Origin: Malacoraja senta
Taxonomy: Eukaryota
Assembly (NCBI GenBank): GCA_038087875.1
Contig: JAXLNO010000051.1
Location: forward strand, 248,001 to 312,000
DNA length: 64,000 nucleotides
Reading direction: 5' to 3'
In this document: piece after piece, positions 13,697 to 26,755 of the stretch
How the letters are laid out: each line of letters opens with the position of its first letter
Numbering within the stretch: position 1 is the first letter of the stretch
Notes under the pieces: generated by a model
Database searches by the model: none
What the model was told of the DNA's origin: nothing
Seen by the model: only the letters and a program-made list of their open reading frames with translations
Translations under genes and position numbers: made by a program

Positions 13697-14569
13697 AGTT
13701 CGAATTGGAGTTGCAGTTCGAGATAGTTCGAGTTCGAGATAGAGTTCGAGTTCGAGAGAGAGTGCGAGGTACAGTTAGAGTTCAAATTCGAATTCGAGTT
13801 CGAGTTCAAGTTTGAGCTCGAGATGGTGTTCGAAATAGAGTTTGAGGTCGAGATGGTGTTCGAGATAGAGTTCGTGTTCGACAGAGAGTTCGATATAAAG
13901 TTCGAGATCGAGTTCGAGATCGAGTTCGAGTTCGAGTTCGAGTTGATTCAATGAATAAACGAATGAATACGTTTATTGGTCAAGTATTCACATACAAGGA
14001 ATTTGCCTTGGTGCCCCGTCCGCAAGTCCAACTCGAACTCGAGTTCAAGATAGAATACGAGTTCGAGTTCGATTTTTAATTCGAGTTCGAGTTCGAATTC
14101 GAGTTCGAATTCGAGTTCGAGTTCGAGTTCGGCTTCGGCTTCGGGTTCGGGTTCGAATTCGAGTTCGAATTCGAGTTCGAGTTCGAGTTCGAGTTCGAGT
14201 TCGAATTCGAGTTCGAGTTCGAGTTCGGCTTCGGGTTCGGGTTCGAATTCGAGTTCGAATTCGAGTTCGAGTTCGAGTTCGAGTTCGAGTTCGAGTTCGA
14301 ATTCGAGGTCGAGTTCGAATTCGACTTCGAGTTCCAGTTCGAGTTCGAGATCGTGTTCGAGTTCGAGATAGAGTTCGAGTTCGAGATAGAGATCCAGTTC
14401 GAGTTGAATGAATGAATGAATGAATGAATGAACACGTTTCTTGGCCTAGTACTCACATACAGGGAAGTTGCCTTGGTGCTCCGCCCGCAAGTCGAACTCA
14501 AACTTGATTTCGAGATAGAGTTCGAGTTCGAGATAGAGTACGAGTTCGCGTTCGAGTTCGAGTTCGAGT

Positions 14570-15970
14570 TCAAGAATCAAGAATAAAGAGAGTTTATTGT
14601 CATGTGTCCCTGATATGACAATGAAATTCTTGCTTTGCTTCCGCACAACAGAACATAGTAGGCATTGACTACAAAACAGACCAGTGTGTCCATATACCAT
14701 TATCTACGTAAAAAGTACAAATAACAGATAATGGACTATTAATGTTCAGAGAAGTGTCCGAGCCAAGTTTGAAAGCCTGATGGCTGTGGGGAAGTAGCTA
14801 TTCCTGAACCTGGTCATTCCAGTCTTCAGGCTCCTGTACCATCTATCTGAAGATGGAAGGGAGGTCAGAGCCGATGATGGACTGGGCAGTGTTTACTACT
14901 TTTTGTAGTCTTTTCCTCTCCAGGGCGCTCAAGTTGCCGAACCAAGCCACACTGCAACCGGTCAGCATGCTCTCTACTGTGCACCTGTAGAAGTTCGAGA
15001 GCGTCCTCCTTGACAAACTGACCCTCCGGAATCTTCTCAGGAAGTAGAGGCGCTGATGTGCTTTCTTAATAATTGCATCAGTGTTCTCGGACCAGGAAAG
15101 ATCTTCAGAGATGTGCACGCCCATGCATTAGAAGCTCTTGACCCTTTCAACCACCGACGCGTTGATATAAACGGGACTGTGTGTCGCCATCCTACTCCTT
15201 CCAAAGTCCACAATCAGTTCCTCGGTTTTGCTGGTGTTGAGGGCCAAGTTACTGTGCTGGCACCATATGGAGAGTCGCTCGATCTCTCTTCTATACTCTG
15301 ACTCATCCCCATCAGTGATACGTCCCACAACAGTGGTGTCGTCAGCGAACTTGATGATGGCGTTCGCACTATGACTGGCTACGCAGTCATGAGTATAGAG
15401 TGAGTACAGCAGGGGGCTGAGCACGCAGCCTAGAGGTGCTCCCGCGCTGATTGTTATCCAGTCTGACACATTTCCACCAATACGAACAGATTGTGGTCTG
15501 TGAATGAGGAAGTCGAGCATCCAATTGCAGAGGGATGCGCAGAGACCCAGTTCTGCGAGTTTGGTAACCAGCTTGGAGGGATGATTGTATTAAATGCCGA
15601 GCTGTAATCAATGAATAACAGCCTGACATATGTTTGTGTTGTCCAAGTGGTCCAGAGCGGAGTGGAGGGCCAGCGAGATCGCATCCACCGTTGATCTGTT
15701 GTGGCGGTAATCGAACTGCAGTGGGTCCAGATTTTTGTCGAGGTAGGAGTTGATTTGCGCCATGATGCACCTCTCAAAGCACTTGATCACCACAGGCGTT
15801 AATGCCACTGGTCGATAGTCATTGAGGCACGACACTTACTCATCGTGGGCACCGGTACAATTGATGCCCTTTTGAAGCAGGTGGGAACCTCGGACCTCAG
15901 AAGTGAGAGGTTGAAAATATCAGTAAAAAGTCCAGCCAGTTGGTCCGCACAGGTTTTTTCGAACACGACC
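14570..15970 (-). mobile_element. Rex1/Babar-type LINE 3' fragment, array copy 3
   Basis: ORFs 14843..15124, 15128..15520, 15608..15835. Confidence 0.92.
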
Positions 15971-16899
15971 AGTTCGAATTGGAGTTGCAGTACGAGATAG
16001 TTCGAGTTCGAGATAGAGTTCGAGTTCGAGAGAGAGTGCGAGGTACAGTTAGAGTTCAAATTCGAATTCTAGTTCGAGTTCAAGTTTGAGCTCGAGATGG
16101 TGTTCGAAATAGAGTTCGAGGTCGAGATGGTGTTCGAGATAGAGTTCGTGTTCGACAGAGAGTTCGATATAAAGTTCGAGATCGAGTTCGAGATCGAGTT
16201 CGAGTTCGAGTTCGAGTTGATTCAATGAATAAACGAATGAATACGTTTATTGGTCAAGTATTCACATACAAGGAATTTGCCTTGGTGCCCCGCCCGCAAG
16301 TCCAACTCGAACTCGAGTTCAAGATAGAATACGAGTTCGAGTTCGATTTTTAATTCGAGTTCGAGTTCGAATTCGAGTTCGAATTCGAGTTCGAGTTCGA
16401 GTTCGGCTTCGGGTTCGGGTTCGAATTCGAGTTCGAATTCGAGTTCGAGTTCGAGTTCGAGTTCGAGTTGGAATTCGAGTTCGAGTTCGAGTTCGGCTTC
16501 GGGTTCGGGTTCGAATTCGAGTTCGAATTCGAGTTCGAGTTCGAGTTCGAGTTCGAGTTGGAATTCGAGTTCGAGTTCGAATTCGAGTTCGAGTTCGAGT
16601 TCGAGTTCGAGTTCGAGTTCGAGTTCGAGTTCGAATTCGAGGTCGAGTTCGAATTCGAGTTCGAGTTCGAGTTCGAGTTCGAGTTCGTGTTCGAGTTCGA
16701 GATAGAGTTCGAGTTCGAGATAGAGTTCCAGTTCGAGTTGAATGAATGAATGAATGAATGAACACGTTTCTTGGCCTAGTACTCACATACAGGGAAGTTG
16801 CCTTGGTGCTCCGCCCGCAAGTCGAACTCAAACTCGATTTCGAGATAGAGTTCGAGTTCGAGATAGAGTACGAGTTCGCGTTCGAGTTCGAGTTCGAGT

Positions 16900-18300
16900 T
16901 CAAGAATCAAGAATCAAGAGAGTTTATTGTCATGTGTCCCTGATGTGACAATGAAATTCTTGCTTTGCTTCCGCACAACAGAACATAGTAGGCATTGACT
17001 ACAAAACAGACCAGTGTGTCCATATACCATTATCTACGTAAAAAGTACAACTAACAGATAATGGACTATTAATGTTCAGAGAAGTGTCCGAGCCAAGTTT
17101 AAAAGCCTGATGGCTGTGGGGAAGTAGCTATTCCTGAACCTGGTCATTCCAGTCTTCAGGCTCCTGTACCATCTATCTGAAGATGGAAGGGAGGTCAGAG
17201 CCGATGATGGACTGGGCAGTGTTTACTACTTTTTGTAGTCTTTTCCTCTCCAGGGCGCTCAAGTTGCCGAACCAAGCCACACTGCAACCGGTCAGCATGC
17301 TCTCTACTGTGCACCTGTAGAAGTTCGAGAGCGTCCTCCTTGACAAACTGACCCTCCGTAATCTTCTCAGGAAGTAGAGGCGCTGATGTGCTTTCTTAAT
17401 AATTGCATCAGTGTTCTCGGACCAGGAAAGATCTTCAGAGATGTGCACGCCCATGCATTAGAAGCTCTTGACCCTTTCAACCACCGACGCGTTGATATAA
17501 ACGGGACTGTGTGTCGCCATCCTACTCCTTCCAAAGTCCACAATCAGTTCCTCGGTTTTGCTGGTGTTGAGGGCCAAGTTACTGTGCTGGCACCATATGG
17601 AGAGTCGCTCGATCTCTCTTCTATACTCTGACTCATCCCCATCAGTGATACGTCCCACAACAGTGGTGTCGTCAGCGAACTTGATGATGGAGTTCGCACT
17701 ATGACTGGCTACGCAGTCATGAGTATAGAGTGAGTACAGCAGGGGGCTGAGCACGCAGCCTAGAGGTGCTCCCGCGCTGATTGTTATCCAGTCTGACACA
17801 TTTCCACCAATACGAACAGATTGTGGTCTGTGAATGAGGAAGTCGAGCATCCAATTGCAGAGGGATGCGCAGAGACCCAGTTCTGCGAGTTTGGTAACCA
17901 GCTTGGAGGGATGATTGTATTAAATGCCGAGCTGTAATCAATGAATAACAGCCTGACATATGTTTGTGTTGTCCAAGTGGTCCAGAGCGGAGTGGAGGGC
18001 CAGCGAGATCGCATCCACCGTTGATCTGTTGTGGCGGTAATCGAACTGCAGTGGGTCCAGATTTTTGTCGAGGTAGGAGTTGATTTGCGCCATGATGCAC
18101 CTCTCAAAGCACTTGATCACCACAGGCGTTAATGCCACTGGTCGATAGTCATTGAGGCACGACACTTACTCATCGTGGGCACCGGTACAATTGATGCCCT
18201 TTTGAAGCAGGTGGGAACCTCGGACCTCAGAAGTGAGAGGTTGAAAATATCAGTAAAAAGTCCAGCCAGTTGGTCCGCACAGGTTTTTTCGAACACGACC
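16900..18300 (-). mobile_element. Rex1/Babar-type LINE 3' fragment, array copy 4
   Basis: ORFs 17173..17454, 17458..17850, 17938..18165. Confidence 0.92.
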
Positions 18301-19229
18301 AGTTCGAATTGGAGTTGCAGTTCGAGATAGTTCGAGTTCGAGATAGAGTTCGAGTTCGAGAGAGAGTGCGAGGTACAGTTAGAGTTCAAATTCGAATTCT
18401 AGTTCGAGTTCAAGTTTGAGCTCGAGATGGTGTTCGAAATAGAGTTCGAGGTCGAGATGGTGTTCGAGATAGAGTTCGTGTTCGACAGAGAGTTCGATAT
18501 AAAGTTCGAGATCGAGTTCGAGATCGAGTTCGAGTTCGAGTTCGAGTTGATTCAATGAATAAACGAATGAATACGTTTATTGGTCAAGTATTCACATACA
18601 AGGAATTTGCCTTGGTGCCCCGCCCGCAAGTCCAACTCGAACTCGAGTTCAAGATAGAATACGAGTTCGAGTTCGATTTTTAATTCGAGTTCGAGTTCGA
18701 ATTCGAGTTCGAATTCGAGTTCGAGTTCGAGTTCGGCTTCGGGTTCGGGTTCGAATTCGAGTTCGAATTCGAGTTCGAGTTCGAGTTCGAGTTCGAGTTG
18801 GAATTCGAGTTCGAGTTCGAGTTCGGCTTCGGGTTCGGGTTCGAATTCGAGTTCGAATTCGAGTTCGAGTTCGAGTTCGAGTTCGAGTTGGAATTCGAGT
18901 TCGAGTTCGAATTCGAGTTCGAGTTCGAGTTCGAGTTCGAGTTCGAGTTCGAGTTCGAGTTCGAATTCGAGGTCGAGTTCGAATTCGAGTTCGAGTTCGA
19001 GTTCGAGTTCGAGTTCGTGTTCGAGTTCGAGATAGAGTTCGAGTTCGAGATAGAGTTCCAGTTCGAGTTGAATGAATGAATGAATGAATGAACACGTTTC
19101 TTGGCCTAGTACTCACATACAGGGAAGTTGCCTTGGTGCTCCGCCCGCAAGTCGAACTCAAACTCGATTTCGAGATAGAGTTCGAGTTCGAGATAGAGTA
19201 CGAGTTCGCGTTCGAGTTCGAGTTCGAGT

Positions 19230-20630
19230 TCAAGAATCAAGAATCAAGAGAGTTTATTGTCATGTGTCCCTGATAGGACAATGAAATTCTTGCTTTGCTT
19301 CCGCACAACAGAACATAGTAGGCATTGACTACAAAACAGACCAGTGTGTCCATATACCATTATCTACGTAAAAAGTACAACTAACAGATAATGGACTATT
19401 AATGTTCAGAGAAGTGTCCGAGCCAAGTTTAAAAGCCTGATGGCTGTGGGGAAGTAGCTATTCCTGAACCTGGTCATTCCAGTCTTCAGGCTCCTGTACC
19501 ATCTATCTGAAGATGGAAGGGAGGTCAGAGCCGATGATGGACTGGGCAGTGTTTACTACTTTTTGTAGTCTTTTCCTCTCCAGGGCGCTCAAGTTGCCGA
19601 ACCAAGCCACACTGCAACCGGTCAGCATGCTCTCTACTGTGCACCTGTAGAAGTTCGAGAGCGTCCTCCTTGACAAACTGACCCTCCGTAATCTTCTCAG
19701 GAAGTAGAGGCGCTGATGTGCTTTCTTAATAATTGCATCAGTGTTCTCGGACCAGGAAAGATCTTCAGAGATGTGCACGCCCATGCATTAGAAGCTCTTG
19801 ACCCTTTCAACCACCGACGCGTTGATATAAACGGGACTGTGTGTCGCCATCCTACTCCTTCCAAAGTCCACAATCAGTTCCTCGGTTTTGCTGGTGTTGA
19901 GGGCCAAGTTACTGTGCTGGCACCATATGGAGAGTCGCTCGATCTCTCTTCTATACTCTGACTCATCCCCATCAGTGATACGTCCCACAACAGTGGTGTC
20001 GTCAGCGAACTTGATGATGGAGTTCGCACTATGACTGGCTACGCAGTCATGAGTATAGAGTGAGTACAGCAGGGGGCTGAGCACGCAGCCTAGAGGTGCT
20101 CCCGCGCTGATTGTTATCCAGTCTGACACATTTCCACCAATACGAACAGATTGTGGTCTGTGAATGAGGAAGTCGAGCATCCAATTGCAGAGGGATGCGC
20201 AGAGACCCAGTTCTGCGAGTTTGGTAACCAGCTTGGAGGGATGATTGTATTAAATGCCGAGCTGTAATCAATGAATAACAGCCTGACATATGTTTGTGTT
20301 GTCCAAGTGGTCCAGAGCGGAGTGGAGGGCCAGCGAGATCGCATCCACCGTTGATCTGTTGTGGCGGTAATCGAACTGCAGTGGGTCCAGATTTTTGTCG
20401 AGGTAGGAGTTGATTTGCGCCATGATGCACCTCTCAAAGCACTTGATCACCACAGGCGTTAATGCCACTGGTCGATAGTCATTGAGGCACGACACTTACT
20501 CATCGTGGGCACCGGTACAATTGATGCCCTTTTGAAGCAGGTGGGAACCTCGGACCTCAGAAGTGAGAGGTTGAAAATATCAGTAAAAAGTCCAGCCAGT
20601 TGGTCCGCACAGGTTTTTTCGAACACGACC
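19230..20630 (-). mobile_element. Rex1/Babar-type LINE 3' fragment, array copy 5
   Basis: ORFs 19503..19784, 19788..20180, 20268..20495. Confidence 0.92.
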
Positions 20631-21461
20631 AGTTCGAATTGGAGTTGCAGTTCGAGATAGTTCGAGTTCGAGTTCGAGAGAGAGTGCGAGGTACAGTTAG
20701 AGTTCAAATTCGAATTCTAGTTCGAGTTCAAGTTTGAGCTCGAGATGGTGTTCGAAATAGAGTTCGAGGTCGAGATGGTGTTCGAGATAGGGTTCGTGTT
20801 CGACAGAGAGTTCGATATAAAGTTCGAGATCGAGTTCGAGATCGAGTTCGAGTTCGAGTTCGAGTTGATTCAATGAATAAACGAATGAATACGTTTATTG
20901 GTCAAGTATTCACATACAAGGAATTTGCCTTGGTGCCCCGCCCGCAAGTCCAACTCGAACTCGAGTTCAAGATAGAATACGAGTTCGAGTTCGATTTTTA
21001 ATTCGAGTTCGAGTTCGAATTCGAGTTCGAATTCGAGTTCGAGTTCGAGTTCGGCTTCGGGTTCGGGTTCGAATTCGAGTTCGAATTCGAGTTCGAGTTC
21101 GAGTTCGAGTTCGAGTTCGAATTCGAGTTCGAGTTCGAATTCGAGTTCGAGTTCGAGTTCGAGTTCGAGTTCGAGTTCGAGTTCGAGTTCGAATTCGAGG
21201 TCGAGTTCGAATTCGAGTTCGAGTTCGAGTTCGAGTTCGAGTTCGTGTTCGAGTTCGAGATAGAGTTCGAGTTCGAGATAGAGTTCCAGTTCGAGTTGAA
21301 TGAATGAATGAATGAATGAATGAACACGTTTCTGGGCCTAGTACTCACATACAGGGAAGTTGCCTTGGTGCTCCGCCCGCAAGTCGAACTCAAACTCGAT
21401 TTCGAGATAGAGTTCGAGTTCGAGATAGAGTACGAGTTCGCGTTCGTGTTCGAGTTCGAGT

Positions 21462-22862
21462 TCAAGAATCAAGAATCAAGAGAGTTTATTGTCATGTGTC
21501 CCTGATAGGACAATGAAATTCTTGCTTTGCTTCCGCACAACAGAACATAGTAGGCATTGACTACAAAACAGACCAGTGTGTCCATATACCATTATCTACG
21601 TAAAAAGTACAAATAACAGATAATGGACTATTAATGTTCAGAGAAGTGTCCGAGCCAAGTTTAAAAGCCTGATGGCTGTGGGGAAGTAGCTATTACTGAA
21701 CCTGGTCATTCCAGTCTTCAGGATCCTGTGCCATCTATCTGAAGATGGAAGGGAGGTCAGAGCCGATGATGGACTGGGCAGTGTTTACTACTTTTTGTAG
21801 TCTTTTCCTCTCCAGGGCGCTCAAGTTGCCGAACCAAGCCACACTGCAACCTGTCAGCATGCTCTCTACTGTGCACCTGTAGAAGTTCGAGAGCGTCCTC
21901 CTTGACAAACTGACCCTCCGGAATCTTCTCAGGAAGTAGAGGCGCTGATGTGCTTTCTTAATAATTGCATCAGTGTTCTCGGACCAGGAAAGATCTTCAG
22001 AGATGTGCAAGCCCATGAATTAGAAGCTCTTGACCCTTTCAACCATCGACACGTTGATATAAACGGGACTGTGGGTCCCCATCCTAGTCCTTCCAAAGTC
22101 CACAATCAGTTCCTCGGTTTTGCTGGTGTTGAGGGCCAAGTTATTGTGCTGGCACCATATGGAGAGTCGCTCGATCTCTCTTCAATACTCTGACTCATCC
22201 CCATCAGTGATACGTCCCACAACAGTGGTGTCGTCAGCGAACTTGATGATGGAATTCGCACTATGACAGGCTACGCAGTCATGAGTATAGAGTGAGTACA
22301 GCAGGGGGCTGAGCACGCAGCCTAGAGGTGCTCCCGCGCTGATTGTTATCCAGTCTGACACATTTCCACCAATACGAACAGACTGTTGTCTGTGAATGAG
22401 GAAGTCGAGGATCCAATTGCAGAGGGATGCGCAGAGACCCAGTTCTGCGAGTTTGGTAACCAGCTTGGAGGGATGATTGTATTAAATGCCGAGCTGTAAT
22501 CAATGAATAACAGCCTGACATATGTTTGTGTTGTCCAAGTGGTCCAGAGCGGAGTGGAGGGCCAGCGAGATCGCATCTACCGTTGATCTGTTGTGGCGGT
22601 AATCGAACTGCAGTGGGCCCAGATTTTTGTCGAGGTAGGAGTTGATTTGCGCCATGATCCACCTCTCAAAGCACTTCATCACCACAGGCGTTAGTGCCAC
22701 TGGTCGATAGTCATTGAGGCACCTCACTTACTCATCGTGGGCACAGGTATAATTGATGCCCTTTTGAAGCAGGTGGGAACCTCGGACCTCAGAAGTGAGA
22801 GGTTGAAAATATCCGTAAAAAATCCAGCCAGTTGGTCCGCACAAGTTTTTTCGAACACGACC
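21462..22862 (-). mobile_element. Rex1/Babar-type LINE 3' fragment, array copy 6
   Basis: ORFs 21735..22016, 22500..22727. Confidence 0.92.
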
Positions 22863-23707
22863 AGGTCGAATTGGAGTTGGAGTTCGAGATAGTTCGAGTT
22901 CGAGTTCGAGAGAGAGTTCGAGAGAGAGAGAGAGAGTGCGAGATACAGTTAGAGTTCAAATTCGAATTCGAGTACGAGTTCAAGTTCGAGCTCGAGATGG
23001 TGTTCGAAATAGAGTTCGAGGTCGAGATGGTGTTCTAGATAGAGTTCGTGTTCGACAGAGAGTTCGATATAAAGTTCGAGATCGAGTTCGAGATCGAGTT
23101 CGAGTTCGAGTTGATTCAATGAATAAACGAATGAATACGTTTATTGGTCAAGTATTCACATACAAGGAATTTGCCTTGGTGCCCCGCCCGCAAGTCCAAC
23201 TCGAACTCGAGTTCAAGATAGAATACGAGTTCGAGTTCGATTTTTAATTCGAGTTCGAGTTCGAATTCGAGTTCGAATTCGAGTTCGAGTTCGAGTTCGG
23301 CTTCGGGTTCGGGTTCGAATTCGAGTTCGAATTCGAGTTCGAGTTCGAGTTCGAGTTCGAGTTCGAATTCGAGTTCGAGTTCGAATTCGAGTTCGAGTTC
23401 GAGTTCGAGTTCGAGTTCGAGTTCGAGTTCGAGTTCGAATTCGAGGTCGAGTTCGAATTCGAGTTCGAGTTCGAGTTCGAGTTCGAGTTCGTGTTCGAGT
23501 TCGAGATAGAGTTCGAGTTCGAGATAGAGTTCCAGTTCGAGTTGAATGAATGAATGAATGAATGAATGAACACGTTTCTTGGCCTAGTACTCACATACAG
23601 GGAAGTTGCCTTGGTGCTCCGCCCGCAAGTCGAACTCAAACTCGATTTCGAGATAGAGTTCGAGTTCGAGATAGAGTACGAGTTCGCGTTCGAGTTCGAG
23701 TTCGAGT

Positions 23708-25108
23708 TCAAGAATCAAGAATCAAGAGAGTTTATTGTCATGTGTCCCTGATAGGACAATGAAATTCTTGCTTTGCTTCCGCACAACAGAACATAGTAGG
23801 CATTGACTACAAAACAGACCAGTGTGTCCATATACCATTATCTACGTAAAAAGTACAAAATAACAGATAATGGACTATTAATGTTCAGAGAAGTGTCCGA
23901 GCCAAGTTTAAAAGCCTGATGGCTGTGGGGAAGTAGCTATTCCTGAACCTGGTCATTCCAGTCTTCAGGATCCTGTACCATCTATCTGAAGATGGAAGGG
24001 AGGTCAGAGCCGATGATGGACTGGGCAGTGTTTACTACTTTTTGTAGTCTTTTCCTCTCCAGGGCGCTCAAGTTGCCGAACCAAGCCACACAGCAACCTG
24101 TCAGCATGCTCTCTACTGTGCACCTGTAGAAGTTCGAGAGCGTCCTCCTTGACAAACTGACCCTCCGTAATCTTCTCAGGAAGTAGAGGCGCTGATGTGC
24201 TTTCTTAATAATTGCATCAGTGTTCTCGGACCAAGAAAGATCTTCAGAGATGTGCAAGCCCATGAATTAGAAGCTCTTGACCCTTTCAACCATCGGACGC
24301 GTTGATATAAACGGGACTGTGGGCCCCCATCCTAGTCCTTCCAAAGTCCACAATCAGTTCCTCGGTTTTGCTGGTGTTGAGGGCCAAGTTATTGTGCTGG
24401 CACCATATGGAGAGTCGCTCGATCTCTCTTCAATACTCTGACTCATCCCCATCAGTGATACGTCCCACAACAGTGGTGTCGTCAGCGAACTTGATGATGG
24501 AGTTCGCACTATGACTGGCTACGCAGTCATGAGTATAGAGTGAGTACAGCAGGGGGGCTGAGCACGCAGCCTAGAGGTGCTCCCGCGCTGATTGTTATCC
24601 AGTCTGACACATTTCCACCAATACGAACAGACTGTTGTCTGTGAATGAGGAAGTCGAGGATCCAATTGCAGAGGGATGCGCAGAGACCCAGTTCTGCGAG
24701 TTTGGTAACCAGCTTGGAGGGATGATTGTATTAAATGCCGAGCTGTAATCAATGAATAACAGCCTGACATATGTTTGTGTTGTCCAAGTGGTCCAGAGCG
24801 GAGTGGAGGGCCAGCGAGATCGCATCTACCGTTGATCTGTTGTGGCGGTAATCGAACTGCAGTGGCCCAGATTTTTGTCGAGGTAGGAGTTGATTTGCGC
24901 CATGATCCACCTCTCAAAGCACTTCATCCCCACAGGCGTTAGTGCCACTGGTCGATAGTCATTGAGGCACGTCACTTACTCATCGTGGCACAGGTATAAT
25001 TGATGCCCTTTTGAAGCAGGTGGGAACCTCGGACCTCAGAAGTGAGAGGTTGAAAATATCCGTAAAAATCCAGCCAGTTGGTCCGCACAAGTTTTTTCGA
25101 ACACGACC
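23708..25108 (-). mobile_element. Rex1/Babar-type LINE 3' fragment, array copy 7
   Basis: ORF 23982..24263; several private 1-bp indels. Confidence 0.92.
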
Positions 25109-25890
25109 AGGTCGAATTGGAGTTGGAGTTCGAGATAGTTCGAGTTCGAGAGAGAGTTCGAGAGAGAGAGAGAGTGCGAGATACAGTTAGAGTTCAAATT
25201 CGAATTCGAGTACGAGTTCAAGTTCGAGCTCGAGATGGTGTTCGAAATAGAGTTCGAGGTCGAGATGCTGTTCTAGATAGAGTTCGTGTTCGACAGAGAG
25301 TTCGATATAAAGTTCGAGATCGAGTTCGAGATCGAGTTCGAGTTCGAGTTCGAGTTGATTGAATGAATAAACGAATGAATACGTTTATTGTCAAGTATTC
25401 ACATACAAGGAATTTGCCTTGGCGCTCCGCCCGCAAGTCCAACTCGAACTCGAGTTCAAGATAGAATACGAGTTCGAGATCGATTTCTAATTCGAGTTCG
25501 AGTTCGAATTCGAGTTCGAATTCGAGTTCGAGTTCGAGATCGAGTTCGAGTTCGAGTTCGAGTTCGAGTTCGAGTTCGAGTTCGAAGTTCAAGTCGAGTT
25601 CGAGTTCGAGGTCGAGTTCGAATTCGAGTTCGAGTTCGAATTCGAGTTCGAGTTCGAGTTCGAGATCGAATTCGAATTCGAGTTCGAGTTCGAGTTCGAA
25701 TTCGAGTTCGAGTTCGAATTCGAATTCGAATTCGAGTTCGAGATCGAGTTCGAGTTCGAGTTCGAGTTCGAGTTCGAGTTCGAGTTCGAGTTCCGTGTTC
25801 GAGTTCGAGTTCGAGTTCGAGTTCGAGTTCGAGTTCGAGTTCGAGTTCGAGTTCGAGATAGAGTTCGAGTTCGAGATAGAGTTCGAGTTC

Positions 25891-26090
25891 NNNNNNNNNN
25901 NNNNNNNNNNNNNNNNNNNNNNNNNNNNNNNNNNNNNNNNNNNNNNNNNNNNNNNNNNNNNNNNNNNNNNNNNNNNNNNNNNNNNNNNNNNNNNNNNNNN
26001 NNNNNNNNNNNNNNNNNNNNNNNNNNNNNNNNNNNNNNNNNNNNNNNNNNNNNNNNNNNNNNNNNNNNNNNNNNNNNNNNNNNNNNNNNN
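25891..26090. other. Assembly gap (200 N)
   Basis: Run of exactly 200 n; a round number suggests a placeholder of unknown true size. Confidence 0.99.
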
Positions 26091-26483
26091 TCATTCTCTC
26101 TCCCTACCCGTCACTCTCACTCTCCATCTCCCCGTCTCTCTCTCGCTCTCCCTCTCTCCTTCTCTCCCGCCTCTCGCTCTCTCCCTTCCCACCCCGTCTC
26201 CCTCCACCTCCCCTACCCGTCACTCTCACTCTCCCCGTCTCTCTGTATCTCGCTCTCTCCCTCCCCGTCTTATTCTCTCTTACCCTCTCGATCTCTCTCC
26301 CCTCCCCGTTCCTCTCTCTCCCTCAGCGTCTCTCTCTATCCCTCGTCGTCTCAATCGCCCCCTCCCTTCTACGCCTCTCTCTCACTCCTCCCTTCCCCTC
26401 TTCTGCCGGTCCCTCTCTCTCTCTCTGTCCGTGTCACTCTCCCTTTCCCTCTCCTTCTCTCTCTCTCTTTCTTTCCCTCTCCC
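26091..26483 (+). repeat. Degenerate CT-rich polypyrimidine tract
   Basis: Almost entirely C/T on the + strand. Confidence 0.9.
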
Positions 26484-26675
26484 TGTAGATTAGTGAGTCA
26501 TGTTATGAGTCATGCATCTGTAGTTACGCCCAATATAGTTTCAGTTATCGCGGCTTGCTGCATTCCTCTAGTATAGGTGGAACGCGCAAGAGAGAGATTG
26601 TGGTTGCTATGTACTTATCCTTTGAATCCTTATCATGGTGTAAGGCTACTCTTATTATAAATACATCAATGTACA
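26484..26675 (+). repeat. Gypsy 5' LTR (TG...CA), followed by PBS-like TGGTGTTAAAGTG
   Basis: Begins TGTAGATT and ends GTACA; shares TGTAGTTACGCCCA, GCTGCATTCC, CATGGTGTAAGGC and TTATTATAA blocks with 34302-34486; TGG follows immediately as expected for a PBS. Confidence 0.8.
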
Positions 26676-26755
26676 TGGTGTTAAAGTGTACGGACTTACT
26701 CCTCAATTGATTCTATTGTTTTTTTATCTTGGTTTGTTTTATTCTACTGTGGATA

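Larger units (their letters stand above)
685..25890 (+). repeat. Composite satellite, GAGTTC orientation: degenerate (GAGTTC)n blocks + (GAAT)n + conserved ~55-bp core; interrupted by CR1, Crack-like and Rex1 inserts
   Basis: Hexamer GAGTTC with variants GAGATA, GAGATC, GAATTC, AAGTTC; recurring TTTATTGGCCAAGTATTCACATACAAGGAATTTGCCTTGGTGCTCCGCCC near 701, 2431, 2836, 3072, 4997, 5456, 6015, 6578, 7093, 8055, 8449 and onward. Confidence 0.95.
9801..25890. repeat. Tandem macro-repeat, 7 units of 2.23-2.33 kb (Rex1 fragment + satellite spacer with two cores)
   Basis: Rex1 tails start at about 9984, 12296, 14570, 16900, 19230, 21462, 23708 (periods 2312, 2274, 2330, 2330, 2232, 2246); the ORF track repeats near-identical peptides. 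Confidence 0.97.

Noticed and set aside
10562..22193. Repeated plus-strand 81-aa ORF MCFLNNCISVLGPGK..
   Set aside because: Antisense shadow of the Rex1 RT frame, repeated only because the DNA is duplicated
9984..25108. Retron, DGR or other RT-array system suggested by tandem RT genes
   Set aside because: The RT pieces are frameshifted 3' fragments of a eukaryotic Rex1 LINE with identical junctions; no accessory genes or template/variable repeat pair
25456..26493. ORFs crossing the N run
   Set aside because: Artefacts of translating the assembly gap
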